From the NCBI GenBank assembly GCA_050015075.1, contig JBEKCB010000002.1, positions 64,001 to 128,000 on the forward strand: 64,000 bases of DNA. Reading direction: 5' to 3'. A program made the translations under genes and the position numbers. The notes beneath the pieces were generated by a model. It ran no database searches and was not told the origin of the DNA. It saw only the letters and a list, made by a program, of their open reading frames with translations. Source of the DNA: Candidatus Brocadiia bacterium. Lineage in GTDB: Bacteria > Planctomycetota > Brocadiia > CAIUPP01. Below are positions 61,113 through 64,000 of this stretch, piece by piece (the first letter of the stretch is position 1; each line of letters starts with the position of its first letter).

Positions 61113-61427
61113 ATGAGTGCGACGAAGTGGACCTATGTATTGGACGATGCCGCGTTACAGGAAGGCCGCATGGCGCCGGCGTTTCCGCTGGGAGTGAACG
61201 TCGTTCTGGCGCGGGTCGGCGGCGTGGCCTACGCCGTTTCCGGCAAGTGCGCGCACATGGCGTGCCCGCTGTTCATGGGGAAACTGGCGGGCCACACGCT
61301 CACCTGCCCGTGCCACGACTGGCGGTTCGATGTCCGCACCGGCAAGTTCCTCGATGCGCCCGAGCTGGGCGTTGCCGTTTATCCGGTGAAGTCCGACGCC
61401 GGCAAACTGTTCGTCAACCTCGGCTGA
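61113..61427 (+). CDS. Rieske [2Fe-2S] ferredoxin
   Basis: CAH and CPCH..RFDVRTG motifs. Confidence 0.9.
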   Translation: MSATKWTYVLDDAALQEGRMAPAFPLGVNVVLARVGGVAYAVSGKCAHMACPLFMGKLAGHTLTCPCHDWRFDVRTGKFLDAPELGVAVYPVKSDAGKLFVNLG

Positions 61428-61439
61428 AAGGAGGCGGTC

Positions 61440-61694
61440 ATGAAGAAAGTCAGCATGTATACGCTCTCGACTTGTCCCTGGTGCCGCAAGACGAAGAAGT
61501 TCTTCGCCGACCACAAGGTCCCGTTCGATTTCGTGGACTACGATCTCGCCGACCCGGCGACGCAGAAAAAGATTACGCAAGAGCTCGACGCCGCAGGCGC
61601 CACCGGCTTCCCGTTCGTCAGGATTGGCGACGAAGTCATCGTGGGCTGGCAGCCGGAACGCTATTCGGCCGCGCTGGGCATTGGAGGCGCTTGA
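61440..61694 (+). CDS. Glutaredoxin (NrdH-like)
   Basis: YTLSTCPWC, GFP cis-Pro motif. Confidence 0.9.
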   Translation: MKKVSMYTLSTCPWCRKTKKFFADHKVPFDFVDYDLADPATQKKITQELDAAGATGFPFVRIGDEVIVGWQPERYSAALGIGGA

Positions 61695-62030
61695 ATGAAT
61701 ACTGAATCGAGGAAGAAGGCGCTGCACTATTTCTATGAGAAGGTCGTCGAGCCGCTGGGTTTCAAGTTCACCCCCGACGCGGAGCTGATGGAGTTCCTGC
61801 TCGAGCAGGAGGTGATCCTGGAAGGCAAGCACGGCATTCCCTTCTGCCCCTGCCAGCCGCTGCGGCGCGACCGCGCGCGCGACATGCAGATCGTCTGCCC
61901 GTGCATTCCTTTCCACCGGAAGCATTTCGACGCGATCAAACGCTGCTGGTGCGGGCTGTTCGTTCACCAGGACGTCACGGACCCGGACACACTGCCGCAA
62001 CTGCCGCCGAAGGAGGTGGGCCTTGAGTGA
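61695..62030 (+). CDS. Ferredoxin:thioredoxin reductase catalytic-subunit-like protein
   Basis: CPC, CPC and CWC-GLF motifs. Confidence 0.88.
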   Translation: MNTESRKKALHYFYEKVVEPLGFKFTPDAELMEFLLEQEVILEGKHGIPFCPCQPLRRDRARDMQIVCPCIPFHRKHFDAIKRCWCGLFVHQDVTDPDTLPQLPPKEVGLE

Positions 62031-62418
62031 TCAATTCATTCGGGCGATCAGCGCCGCCGAAGTCGCGCCCGGCGGGATGAAGGCGGTCGAGCTTGATGGG
62101 AAGGAGATCGTCGTCTGCAACTGCGCCGGAAAGTATTACGCCGTCCAGCGGCGATGCGGCCACATGAATGCGCCGCTCGACATGGGAACGCTCGACGGAA
62201 CGTACCTGACCTGCGCCATGCACTGCGCGCAATTTGACGTCACCACCGGTGAAGCGCTTTCCGGCCCGGTTCCGGAGGATTTCGCAGGCGAAGTCCCGCC
62301 GCCCCTGATGGGCCAATTCTTTCAGAACGTCGGCATGCTGATGGCGCACGTCCGCACGGAATCCATCCGCACCTATCCAACGAGGATGGAAGCCGGCTGG
62401 GTCCTGATCGCTCCGTAA
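62023..62418 (+). CDS. Rieske [2Fe-2S] ferredoxin with insertion
   Basis: CGH and CAMH..QFDVTTG motifs. Confidence 0.88.
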   Translation: MSDQFIRAISAAEVAPGGMKAVELDGKEIVVCNCAGKYYAVQRRCGHMNAPLDMGTLDGTYLTCAMHCAQFDVTTGEALSGPVPEDFAGEVPPPLMGQFFQNVGMLMAHVRTESIRTYPTRMEAGWVLIAP

Positions 62419-62451
62419 GGAAGCTGATCATGATGCTGCGGGGACACCAGA

Positions 62452-63999
<1,548 letters not shown>

Positions 64000-64000
64000 G

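Overview
A GC-rich bacterial chromosomal segment, most likely from the PVC superphylum (probably Planctomycetota), judged from the PVC-signature small basic protein at 15506-15889. It carries about 60 mostly housekeeping or metabolic genes: lolE/lolD, an LptF/G-family permease, FKBP, gatCA, an RND pump, UvrD/PcrA, lysS, tRNA-Arg(ACG), hypAB, RseP, an ECF sigma/anti-sigma pair and partial katG. A perfect parS site lies at 54079-54094. No CRISPR array, rRNA, integrase or transposase is visible. The most notable signals are: (i) an AT-richer three-gene cassette (proteasome-beta-like Ntn hydrolase, antitoxin, RelE toxin) with its own sigma70 promoter, bracketed by two near-identical 45-bp hairpin repeats; (ii) tandem copies of the tRNA-Arg 3' end, one unit of which encloses a whole gene; (iii) a one-gene insertion into the 5' end of yjbQ that duplicates 32 bp and rebuilds the gene start; (iv) a glycyl-radical enzyme with an atypical Cys loop; (v) a Rieske/glutaredoxin/FTR/Rieske redox module; (vi) helical elongations in three envelope machines; (vii) many short-period palindromic mini-elements, some nested and some read into proteins. 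All family calls come from motif recognition by eye, not database searches.
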